Made by a program: the position numbers and the translations under genes | Assembly (NCBI GenBank): GCA_002772895.1 | Contig: PFCS01000050.1 | Location: 6,728-70,727 of the forward strand | Origin: Parcubacteria group bacterium CG10_big_fil_rev_8_21_14_0_10_36_14 | GTDB lineage: Bacteria > Patescibacteriota > Patescibacteriia > GCA-002772895 | Direction of reading: 5' to 3' | Length of the DNA: 64,000 bases | Shown: piece after piece, positions 49,944 through 58,710 of the stretch | Numbering within the stretch: position 1 is the first letter of the stretch | Layout of the letters: each line of letters starts with the position of its first letter | The notes under the pieces: generated by a model | What the model saw: only the letters and a program-made list of their open reading frames with translations | What the model was told of the DNA's origin: nothing | The model's database searches: none

Positions 49944-49954
49944 AAAAAAATAGA

Positions 49955-50572
49955 TTATTTTTTTAAAAGATAAAAATGTTTTGTCGGCACATCATATGGC
50001 GTAAAACTTTTTTCTATTTTCCAGCCTGTCGCTTTTATCCGACTCTCTACCCGCTTTAACGGATATCTTCTTCTACCCGGCTCCCAATAGTGCTGACCGT
50101 CAAATTTATGCGCTTTCATTGCCGGCATTTTTAAAAATAATTTTAACGGCGGTAAAAACGGTTTTTTCAAATAAAAATTACAAAGTGTTCTCCTTGCATC
50201 AGGAAGAGAAATAATCGCCCATTTTTTGGAAACCCTTGCCATTTCTTTAAGGCAAGCGTCAAATTTTTCAAACGGCAAATGTTCCAAAACCTCAGCCGCC
50301 AGCACGCAATCAACCGTTTCTCCTTCCATTGGTATTTTTTCTACCGACCCGACAAAATCCGGTTCAAGTCCTTTGTCTATATCCAGAGCCAAAACCGATT
50401 TGCCGGCTTTTTTTAAATAATCCTTTACAATCCCATTACCAATGCCAACTTCCAAAACAGACCTTGCGTCTATCTCTAATGCTAAATCTATCTGATACCA
50501 ATAAGAAAGCCATCGTGCCTTATGGTTATAGCGTCTATTAAAATAATGATTTTTTTCTACTTGCAAATCCAT
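49955..50572 (-). CDS. Class I SAM-dependent methyltransferase
   Basis: LEVGIGNG, EVLEHLP, HYWE. Confidence 0.88.
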   Translation of the reverse strand: MDLQVEKNHYFNRRYNHKARWLSYWYQIDLALEIDARSVLEVGIGNGIVKDYLKKAGKSVLALDIDKGLEPDFVGSVEKIPMEGETVDCVLAAEVLEHLPFEKFDACLKEMARVSKKWAIISLPDARRTLCNFYLKKPFLPPLKLFLKMPAMKAHKFDGQHYWEPGRRRYPLKRVESRIKATGWKIEKSFTPYDVPTKHFYLLKK

Positions 50573-50575
50573 GAG

Positions 50576-51679
50576 TTACTTTTGATATAATTCTTTTAAA
50601 AGTCCGGCAACATATTTTATCTGTTCTTCTCTAAGTTCAGGATACATCGGCAAAGACAAAATCTTCTTCGCAAGCCCTTCCGAAACCGGATAATCGCCAT
50701 TCTTCCAACCAAAATCTGCATAAGCTTCTTGCAAATGTACCGGTATTGGATAATGAATTCCGGAAAAAACATCATGCTTTTTTAAATAATCCACAAGCTC
50801 ATCTCTTTTTTCCGTCAAAATCACAAATAAATGATAATTATGCTTATTGTATTCTTCTTCTTTAATTATTTCCACTGGCAAGCCCGATAGATTCTCTCTA
50901 TATAATCTTGCATTTTTTCTTCTGGATTCTATCCAATTGTCCAGATACTTAAGCTTTAAACCTAAAACAGCACCCTGAAAGCCACTCATTCTAAAATTCC
51001 CCCCGATTACGCTATGTTTATATTTCTCCAGCGCACCATGATCGCGGATTAATTTTACTTTGCTTATTAAATCGGCATTATTTGAAGCAACTGCTCCGCC
51101 TTCTCCATATGCGCCAAGATTTTTTCCCGGATAAAAGCTAAAAGCACCCACATCGCCTATCGTACCGGCTTTCTTACCTTTATATTCGGCCCCATGAGCC
51201 TGACAAGCATCTTCTATCACAAATAATCCGCGTTCTTTCGCAATTCTTAAAATTTCATCCATATCGGCACACTGGCCGTATAAGTGAACAGGTATAATTG
51301 CTTTTGTTTTTTCTGTAATAGTACTCTCTAATTGTGAAACGTCCATAAGCGCGCTTTCTTTGCAAACATCAACAAAAACAGGTTTTGCACCGGTTAAGGA
51401 CACTGCCTCGGCTGTAGCTATAAAAGTATTCGGAACGGTTATTACTTCGTCTTCCGGACCTATACCTAACGCGCGTAAAGCGCAATAAAGGGCTGACGTA
51501 CCGGAATTTACACATGCCACGGCTTGCGCCCCCAGATAATCGGCAAAATCCCTTTCAAAATTAAAAACTGCCGGACCTTGAATAAAAGCGCAAGAATCTA
51601 AGATACCCTCCAATGCGCTTTTTATTTCCCCTTTCATCGGTTGATACTGTGCCTCTAAGTCTATAAATGGTACTTTCAT
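50576..51679 (-). CDS. DegT/DnrJ/EryC1/StrS PLP sugar aminotransferase
   Basis: Start MKVPFIDL (51679); NSGTSAL, PVHLYG, EDACQAHG, SFYPGKNLGAYGEGG. Confidence 0.95.
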   Translation of the reverse strand: MKVPFIDLEAQYQPMKGEIKSALEGILDSCAFIQGPAVFNFERDFADYLGAQAVACVNSGTSALYCALRALGIGPEDEVITVPNTFIATAEAVSLTGAKPVFVDVCKESALMDVSQLESTITEKTKAIIPVHLYGQCADMDEILRIAKERGLFVIEDACQAHGAEYKGKKAGTIGDVGAFSFYPGKNLGAYGEGGAVASNNADLISKVKLIRDHGALEKYKHSVIGGNFRMSGFQGAVLGLKLKYLDNWIESRRKNARLYRENLSGLPVEIIKEEEYNKHNYHLFVILTEKRDELVDYLKKHDVFSGIHYPIPVHLQEAYADFGWKNGDYPVSEGLAKKILSLPMYPELREEQIKYVAGLLKELYQK

Positions 51680-51687
51680 ATATTTTA

Positions 51688-52473
51688 TTATTTTTTTATG
51701 GCGTCTTTTGATAAAATCAAATGATAGCGCACAAACCTCCAAATAAATTTAATAGGTAAACTGTCTTTCGGATGCATAATTTTATCATATAGCGACTTTC
51801 GTAATATGTTTAGAGCTTTTAAAAAATTTATTACCGCTACTCTTGATCCTTTTCTAAAACCCAAACCGCTTCTTTTCTTTTTCATTATACTTAAATAATT
51901 ATTATCTTTTATAATACACTCATCATAAGTAGGCCATCCGCTTATTGCAGTTGATTTTAGATATACACTTTTTACATTTTCGGGAATTATCAGTGTTTCA
52001 TGAACAACTTTCTTGGGGTCAAAATGAATTCCGGTTTTAAGGTTAAACAACCTAGGATAATAATCCGGCATGAAAAAAGCGTATTTTATGATGCGTCCGC
52101 TTTTTAACAAAGGAGAACGTTGGATACATCCGATAATATTTTCATCCTCGGATTCGATAAAGCTGCTAATCTCATTTTCAAGCTCCGAAGTTATATATTC
52201 ATCAGAGTCTATGTCAAAAATCCAGTCATAGCGGGCAAAGGACAGTGCCCTATTCCTCATCTCGGCAAAATTTGAAATACGCACATTAGGCTCATTGGTA
52301 TCAACTTGCTTATAAACTGGGATATTATATTTTTTTGCTATTTCAAGGGTTTTATCCGTGCTGTTTCCATCAACAAGGTACACGTCATCAAAATTTATCA
52401 GGCTAGAAAGCAAACGCTCAAGCGTCTCCTCGTTATTTAATGTCAAAATTGGTACTGAACAAGCTATTTTCAT
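51688..52473 (-). CDS. Glycosyltransferase family 2
   Basis: Start MKIACS (52473); DGNSTDKT, RN, DSDE, VHE. Confidence 0.88.
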   Translation of the reverse strand: MKIACSVPILTLNNEETLERLLSSLINFDDVYLVDGNSTDKTLEIAKKYNIPVYKQVDTNEPNVRISNFAEMRNRALSFARYDWIFDIDSDEYITSELENEISSFIESEDENIIGCIQRSPLLKSGRIIKYAFFMPDYYPRLFNLKTGIHFDPKKVVHETLIIPENVKSVYLKSTAISGWPTYDECIIKDNNYLSIMKKKRSGLGFRKGSRVAVINFLKALNILRKSLYDKIMHPKDSLPIKFIWRFVRYHLILSKDAIKK

Positions 52474-53189
52474 AAAGTTGCAAAGACATAAATTTCTGCA
52501 CACAATTCTGCAGGAATATCTTTACTTACATTATACAAAGCGCTAATCATTTTTGGCTCTAATCCATTCAATTGACTATTAGATAACATCTTAAGAAAAA
52601 AACCGCCTTTTTTCTTTATTTGCCAACCAGCACCTTCAATATCAGCAACAAGGCTCTTCATGTCATAAATTCTCTGATGACAAAACTTTATATCGCGTTC
52701 ATTAAATTCATATAAATTTTCTAACATACCCATTTCCTTTCCGATTTGACGATGAAGAGATTGTGCATTTGGAACATTAATATATATCATACCATCTTCT
52801 TTAATTAAATTTTTATATTTTTTTAATAACTCTACAGGCTCATCAACTTCGTGCAACATACTAGAAAAAATAATTGCATCATATTTTTTATTCGATTCGA
52901 AATCAATAAATAGCGAATGATTAAATTTAATGGCTTCTGCCTTAGCTCCTAATTTTTTTTTCGTTGCTAAAATATAATGTTCGCCGCCTTCTACAACCTC
53001 TAAGGATTTACTAATTTCTAAAAGATTCTTAGTCATTAATCCGTTTGCGCACCCAAGCTCTAATGCATCTCCTAAATTTGGATAATTTTCTTGTAAACAT
53101 CTAAAACGAAAATCAATAAAATAGCGATCAAAATCAACTTCCGTATTATAACACCCTGCATATTTATTTATTGAATCTTTAGTCTGCAT
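52470..53189 (-). CDS. Class I SAM-dependent methyltransferase
   Basis: LELGCANG, VPNAQSLHR. Confidence 0.85.
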   Translation of the reverse strand: MQTKDSINKYAGCYNTEVDFDRYFIDFRFRCLQENYPNLGDALELGCANGLMTKNLLEISKSLEVVEGGEHYILATKKKLGAKAEAIKFNHSLFIDFESNKKYDAIIFSSMLHEVDEPVELLKKYKNLIKEDGMIYINVPNAQSLHRQIGKEMGMLENLYEFNERDIKFCHQRIYDMKSLVADIEGAGWQIKKKGGFFLKMLSNSQLNGLEPKMISALYNVSKDIPAELCAEIYVFATL

Positions 53190-53190
53190 A

Positions 53191-54708
53191 TTATTTTATC
53201 CATTTTTCTTCTGGATGGTCATTTCTATTTTTTTTAGTTTGGGTTATTTCAATAAAATATTCCGGCAAGCGCACTCCGCATCCTTCCCTATACAAGGATC
53301 GTAAAGCTCCGTAAATATAATTTAAATGGCGCTCATTTAAGTTCTGATGGATTGGGAAAAAACATGCGTTATTATGATAATAAGCTCCGCATTCAATTCC
53401 AAAATGCCTGAGCCTGCCACTTACTTCAAGCATTTTTTCGTGGCTTCCAACCCTCAACATCAGCGCTGCCGGCACTTCGCCCAACTTTAATTCAAAAAAA
53501 GTTTCGAAACCTTCTTCTTTTGCCAGCTTTTCTAAATATCTATAATTATACAACCTCTTTTCCGCCGCTTCATCTTCTCCTTTTATAAATGCGGAAAGTT
53601 GTTCTTTTATTACCTCCCTTTTCTTAACGTCCAAACAATAAAAATTATCCCATATTTCCTTATCACTAAAGGACACGCCGACTAAAATACCTCCGTATTG
53701 GACGGGAAAAAATTTTGGAAAAGAATAAATTACATAATCGCCATATTGCCCGGCATCTCCGCTATTCCATGCATATGCACAGTCCTCAATAAGAGGCCAG
53801 CCATGTTCTTTGCACATTTGTTTTATCTCTTTTCGTTTGGGATGCAAAAAACCAAACTCATGTATTAAAATAACCGCTTTTGTCTTACTGGATATTTTGC
53901 GCGACCAGGAACATACCTCTTCTACGGTTGTGGAAACTCCGATAGACAAATAAGGTGATCCTGTTGTCGTGGTAATGAATACCTCATCATCCTGTTTTAG
54001 TCCTAAATATTTTAATACTGCAAAGATAGCATACTTTCCGCGAGGAAAATATGTAAAAGGCTTATGATCAAATTTTTCGCCAAGCTTTTTATCGACATCA
54101 ATACCGTTATCAGGCATTGACCCAAGACTACTGGTATCAAAAGGGGTTATGTCTATTTGGGGGATTAAGTCGGGCGCATGGAAAATAGTAGGATACTCGT
54201 ATGTCGCCCAATTTTTAAAAAACTCTTGCAAGGATGGCTTAAAAGAACACCCTATATCAAGATATCTAAATTTTGAGTTATGGTATTGCTCTACAATATT
54301 CCATATCATCAAACTAGGAATCCCAAACTTTTTTGCCTCTTCATTGGCGCCATTAAACCATAAAAATAATATATTATCCACTTCGCCGACAATCGTTCCT
54401 GCAACAAATTTACCATTTAAATAAGCAAACCATCCGCGCCAATTATCTTTAAACCCCCCTCCACCTAAATTCAAATCTGAATCTTGCGGATTGTACCATA
54501 CTGTCCGAAAGAGGTCTATGTCGCTTTTTGTACCTGCAACTTTTTTTATTTCCAAACCGCTTAAATTTTTGGCCTTTACTATTGAGCGCTTTGCTCTGCG
54601 AGAAATCCTATCCCAAGCCAGCTCTTTATTCAGAATTAAAGAGCTACCAAAAGACAGACAGTCCTTTCCAATATATTTTTTTTGGAATATATCGCGCTTG
54701 CCGGGCAT
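53191..54708 (-). CDS. Fusion of a FemAB-like GNAT domain and a DegT-like PLP domain
   Basis: N-half ISRRAKRSIVKA...LMIW...YLDIG; C-half IHEFG, LIEDCAY, YSFPKFF, FPIHQNL. Confidence 0.7.
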   Translation of the reverse strand: MPGKRDIFQKKYIGKDCLSFGSSLILNKELAWDRISRRAKRSIVKAKNLSGLEIKKVAGTKSDIDLFRTVWYNPQDSDLNLGGGGFKDNWRGWFAYLNGKFVAGTIVGEVDNILFLWFNGANEEAKKFGIPSLMIWNIVEQYHNSKFRYLDIGCSFKPSLQEFFKNWATYEYPTIFHAPDLIPQIDITPFDTSSLGSMPDNGIDVDKKLGEKFDHKPFTYFPRGKYAIFAVLKYLGLKQDDEVFITTTTGSPYLSIGVSTTVEEVCSWSRKISSKTKAVILIHEFGFLHPKRKEIKQMCKEHGWPLIEDCAYAWNSGDAGQYGDYVIYSFPKFFPVQYGGILVGVSFSDKEIWDNFYCLDVKKREVIKEQLSAFIKGEDEAAEKRLYNYRYLEKLAKEEGFETFFELKLGEVPAALMLRVGSHEKMLEVSGRLRHFGIECGAYYHNNACFFPIHQNLNERHLNYIYGALRSLYREGCGVRLPEYFIEITQTKKNRNDHPEEKWIK

Positions 54709-54709
54709 A

Positions 54710-55717
54710 TTACCTATTGCGTTTTAATATTTTTTGAGTAGCCTCCAAAATACGGACCACCTCATAGCCTTCTTCTCCGCCGGTTAAAGAAGGTTTGCCA
54801 TTCACCGCGCAATCCGCAAAATGGCTTATTTCTATAGCTAGTGCTTCGGACCGTTCCAATGCCGGAATATAGACATCACCGCTCCTGTATATTACGTCAC
54901 TTGGTGTCTCACTTTTAAAATCCAAGTCTGCTCCATGATCATACACCTTGACTTTTTCAGTTGGTTCTATATCGTTATATAAAACCATTTTTTTGCTTCC
55001 GCCAATCAACATTTTTCTTATTTTAACCGGTGAGAGCCATCCTATGTGTATGTGCGCCATGGTCCCAGAAGGATATTCCAAATGAATATGCGCCATTTCC
55101 TCTACTGGATTTTCTCTGTTCTGCGTAACATAACTTTTCCCAAAAGCCGCCACAGACATAGGCTTTTCCTTTAAAATATAATTAAAAATCGAAAGATCAT
55201 GAACTGCCAAGTCATAAATGACATTTACATCCGGCTGTATAAGCCCGAGATTAATCCTTTCGGAATCAATATACCTTATTTCTCCCAATTCATCAGCATT
55301 AATAAGCTCCTTTATTTTCCTGACAGCGCCAGTATAAATAAACGTATGGTCAACATGAAGTAATAAATTATTTTTCTTTGCCAATTCAATCAATTCTCTT
55401 GCTTCGGCGGATGTTTCAGTCATAGGCTTTTCAACAAAAACATGCTTACTCGACTCCAAAGCACGTTTGGCTAGCTTATAATGGCTCACAACCGGCGTTG
55501 CTATAAAAACAGCTTCAATATCTTTTGCCTTAAATATGTCTTCGGAATCACAAGTGGTTTTTATAAATGGAAAATTACTTCTTGCCCTTTCCAAAAGCCT
55601 GAGGTCCAAATCACATACATAGACCAAAGAAACGCTTGCGGACGAAGCTGCATTTCGTATCAAGTTTTTTCCCCAGTAACCTGCGCCAATAATTGCTATT
55701 TTTAACGGGTATTCCAT
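54710..55717 (-). CDS. Gfo/Idh/MocA NAD-dependent oxidoreductase (sugar 3-dehydrogenase-like)
   Basis: GAGYWG, HVFVEKP, DLAVHD. Confidence 0.92.
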   Translation of the reverse strand: MEYPLKIAIIGAGYWGKNLIRNAASSASVSLVYVCDLDLRLLERARSNFPFIKTTCDSEDIFKAKDIEAVFIATPVVSHYKLAKRALESSKHVFVEKPMTETSAEARELIELAKKNNLLLHVDHTFIYTGAVRKIKELINADELGEIRYIDSERINLGLIQPDVNVIYDLAVHDLSIFNYILKEKPMSVAAFGKSYVTQNRENPVEEMAHIHLEYPSGTMAHIHIGWLSPVKIRKMLIGGSKKMVLYNDIEPTEKVKVYDHGADLDFKSETPSDVIYRSGDVYIPALERSEALAIEISHFADCAVNGKPSLTGGEEGYEVVRILEATQKILKRNR

Positions 55718-55743
55718 ATTTTATGTTAAAATTATATACATAT

Positions 55744-55772
55744 ACCTTACTCTATAATATATAGAGCGTCAA
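55744..55772 (-). promoter_or_regulatory. Sigma70-type promoter with a palindromic spacer
   Basis: TTGACG-17 bp-TAAGGT; the spacer is the inverted repeat CTCTATA-N3-TATAGAG. Confidence 0.5.
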
Positions 55773-55839
55773 ATATGATAATTTGAAAAAATATGAAAAT
55801 AGTGGTAAATAGATACAAGGTCAATACAGCCACAAAATT

Positions 55840-58659
55840 ATGCTCAAAATAATAATTGAAAAGCACAAAAAGAAACTGCTGGCATGCGCGGTGTTATTTA
55901 TTATCGGTATTTTATCTGCCAATTTATTTTTCTTGGGAATATATATAAGAAACAACAAAAATATCTTGATTTTTGATTCTGCAGTACAATATCTCCTACC
56001 TGTTTATCGATTTATGCGCAAAAGTTATAATAACGCGATAAATACGTTCTATCTGCCAAAAACAATAGGGGCATCGGAAATACCCCACTACAAATTGACG
56101 ATTAAAAAAAATCAGCTGGAAAAATTAAATAAAAATTTGCCTGAGTCGATATCCGATGCCGTTTTTAGCGGAAGTGTTTTCTTGGAGGACGAATATAAGA
56201 AAACAGTGCCCGCAATCTTTTCTTATGGTGACAAAAAATACGAAGTAGAGGTACATTACCGAGGTGACAACCCAAACCATTGGACCAAAGAAAAAAAATC
56301 TTGGCAAATAATATTCAGCCAGGAAAACTTATTTAACGGCCAAGAAGTGTTAAAACTTATATTGCCCATAGACCGAGGTTATCTTGCGGAGGCTCTAAAT
56401 GCTTATCGGGCAAAAAAAATGGGTCTATTGGTGCCTGCGGACAATTTTGTAAATTTAGAAATAAATAAAAAAAATGCTGGCGTATATTACCAAGTCGAAG
56501 ATTGGTCAAAAGGATTTTTGGAAAAACAACAAGTGCCGGCCGACTCCAGTATTTATACGACCAATGACGGTCTTATTAGCCTCAGAAAAGAAGAAAACCG
56601 CCAAGATACATCAGCCTTTGAAGATATAAATCTTTGGAAAAAAAATATATCTGATAAATTATTTACTTATAATAATTTTTCAGATATAAAAAAACTGGTC
56701 GAAATACTGCAAAGCCAAAATAAAGACGAAGCATACAAAATATTGCCACAAATACTTGATATGGAAAAGTTTTACAGCTGGACTAACGTTGCCCTATTGG
56801 TTTCAGGAGGCCATCAGGGAGGTAAAGGCAATATGCGTCTATACTTTAACAATAGTAGCGGAAAATTTGAACCAATCCCTTGGGATGTAACAATAAGAGA
56901 TAGCGATGCGCTTTTTGAAGACTGGCAAAGTATCATCAATAACTTTATATATTCAAATAAAAAATTATTTTTTGAACAAAAAAAATCCCTGTGGAATTAT
57001 TTAAGTAACGAAGATAATTTAAAAGACGACCTAAGCTTTTATGATAAACTTTATGAAACAACACGCCCAGCTTTTTACGATGATTGGATAAAAGTAGACA
57101 ATAATTTAACCTTTGATAAAAAAATAAAAGAAATGCGCGATATTATTAAAAATAGGTTTAGTAATCTAAAAGATCTTTATAAAATTGATAATTCAAGCAT
57201 GATTATAAATTATGACTCCGATATAAATCTGATAACGGCAACGACTAAAGCGGATAATTTCGCCGGCATAATGCTAAAAAGCCTTAAACTACCGACAGAC
57301 GACAATATGTTTGTTGAAGCATTTGATGATTCCAATAATAATCTTAAACTTGATAAGGACGATAAAATCATAAAAACCGGCTACATCAATAAAAATGACA
57401 ACACAATAAAAGATATTAATAAATTAATTTATGATAAAGATGAAGTGGCCATATTCATAAAAATTATTCCTTATGGAACACAGCAAAACGGCTTAAATCT
57501 TAAAAATGTAAAAATAAAATTTGACAATGCAATCACCAAAAAAGATATTGATATAAAAAGCATAGTCTTATCAGACGACACCTCTTTTAATTATCTTCCC
57601 AAGACTATCTATAGTCCTCGGCAATTTGTAAACGAAAATCCCATATTTAAAACAGATGGAGAAAAAATATTTCTACCCGCTGGCTCTTATACCATCACAA
57701 AAAATATAATAATTCCGCAAAAATCCCAGTTGATAATACAGCCTGGCGTTGTCCTAACCTTTTATCCAAAAATATCACTCATATCTTACAGCCCTGTTTC
57801 GGCAATTGGCTATTCCGATAGTCCTATTATATTCCAATCCGCCTATCAAGGGCAACCGTGGGGATCTTTTGGCATAGTTAATACCGAGAAAGAAAAAAAC
57901 AAGCTACAATTTATAAATATATCCGGTGGTGGGAGTTCTTATATAAACGGTATTTTCTTTAGTGGAATGTTATCAGCCTACCATGCCGACCTTGAATTAA
58001 GCGATAGTTTAATTCAAAACAGCTCATCGGATGACGGCGCAAATGCAAAGTACGGAAATGTGGTAATAAAAAATAACAGATTTATAAAAAATAGTGCGGA
58101 CGGCTTGGATATAGACTACGCAAAAGGAGAGATAAGTAATAATTATTTTAGTAGCAATGGCAATGACGGCATAGATATCTCCGGTTCTTCAATCAGTATT
58201 AAAAATAATACAATACTTGCATCAGGGGACAAATGTATAAGCGTAGGAGAGAATTCAAAAGAGCCGGTTATTTTTAATAATATTTTAAATGGATGTAATA
58301 TAGGAATAGAATCAAAAGATTTATCAACCCCGGTTATTTTGAATAATGTCATTATAAATAATAATATAGGCATAAATGCCTATAGAAAAAAAGAGATTTT
58401 TGGTGGCGGATTTGGAAAAATATATAACAATATTATCTGGGACAATAAAGAAAATATAAAAACGGATGAATACTCACAATTCGAAGCTGATTACAACGAC
58501 ATTGAAACCAACTATTCAGGAGAGTATAACTTTTATGAAGAGCCATCTGAAAATTATTATAAACCGGGTTTAGAAAATTATCACGGTAAAGGAAACCGGG
58601 ACATTCTAAAAAAATATCTTGAAATTAATCTTGAGGAAGCTCCGGTAGGGCTAATGTAA
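55840..58659 (+). CDS. Membrane-anchored CotH-kinase-like protein with C-terminal right-handed beta-helix #2
   Basis: N-terminal TM; VHYRGDN..KKSW, GVYYQVE, NMRLYFN..FEPIPWD; beta-helix repeats DGLDID, DGIDISGS, DKCISVGE. Confidence 0.88.
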   Translation: MLKIIIEKHKKKLLACAVLFIIGILSANLFFLGIYIRNNKNILIFDSAVQYLLPVYRFMRKSYNNAINTFYLPKTIGASEIPHYKLTIKKNQLEKLNKNLPESISDAVFSGSVFLEDEYKKTVPAIFSYGDKKYEVEVHYRGDNPNHWTKEKKSWQIIFSQENLFNGQEVLKLILPIDRGYLAEALNAYRAKKMGLLVPADNFVNLEINKKNAGVYYQVEDWSKGFLEKQQVPADSSIYTTNDGLISLRKEENRQDTSAFEDINLWKKNISDKLFTYNNFSDIKKLVEILQSQNKDEAYKILPQILDMEKFYSWTNVALLVSGGHQGGKGNMRLYFNNSSGKFEPIPWDVTIRDSDALFEDWQSIINNFIYSNKKLFFEQKKSLWNYLSNEDNLKDDLSFYDKLYETTRPAFYDDWIKVDNNLTFDKKIKEMRDIIKNRFSNLKDLYKIDNSSMIINYDSDINLITATTKADNFAGIMLKSLKLPTDDNMFVEAFDDSNNNLKLDKDDKIIKTGYINKNDNTIKDINKLIYDKDEVAIFIKIIPYGTQQNGLNLKNVKIKFDNAITKKDIDIKSIVLSDDTSFNYLPKTIYSPRQFVNENPIFKTDGEKIFLPAGSYTITKNIIIPQKSQLIIQPGVVLTFYPKISLISYSPVSAIGYSDSPIIFQSAYQGQPWGSFGIVNTEKEKNKLQFINISGGGSSYINGIFFSGMLSAYHADLELSDSLIQNSSSDDGANAKYGNVVIKNNRFIKNSADGLDIDYAKGEISNNYFSSNGNDGIDISGSSISIKNNTILASGDKCISVGENSKEPVIFNNILNGCNIGIESKDLSTPVILNNVIINNNIGINAYRKKEIFGGGFGKIYNNIIWDNKENIKTDEYSQFEADYNDIETNYSGEYNFYEEPSENYYKPGLENYHGKGNRDILKKYLEINLEEAPVGLM

Positions 58660-58675
58660 AACAAAAAACAACCAG

Positions 58676-58710
58676 AAATGCCACTATTTTTTAGTGGCAT
58701 TTTTTATTTT
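58676..58710 (+). terminator. Intrinsic terminator after cotH-like #2
   Basis: AAATGCCACTA-loop-TAGTGGCATTT followed by a T-run; overlaps the 3' end of the convergent gene. Confidence 0.75.
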
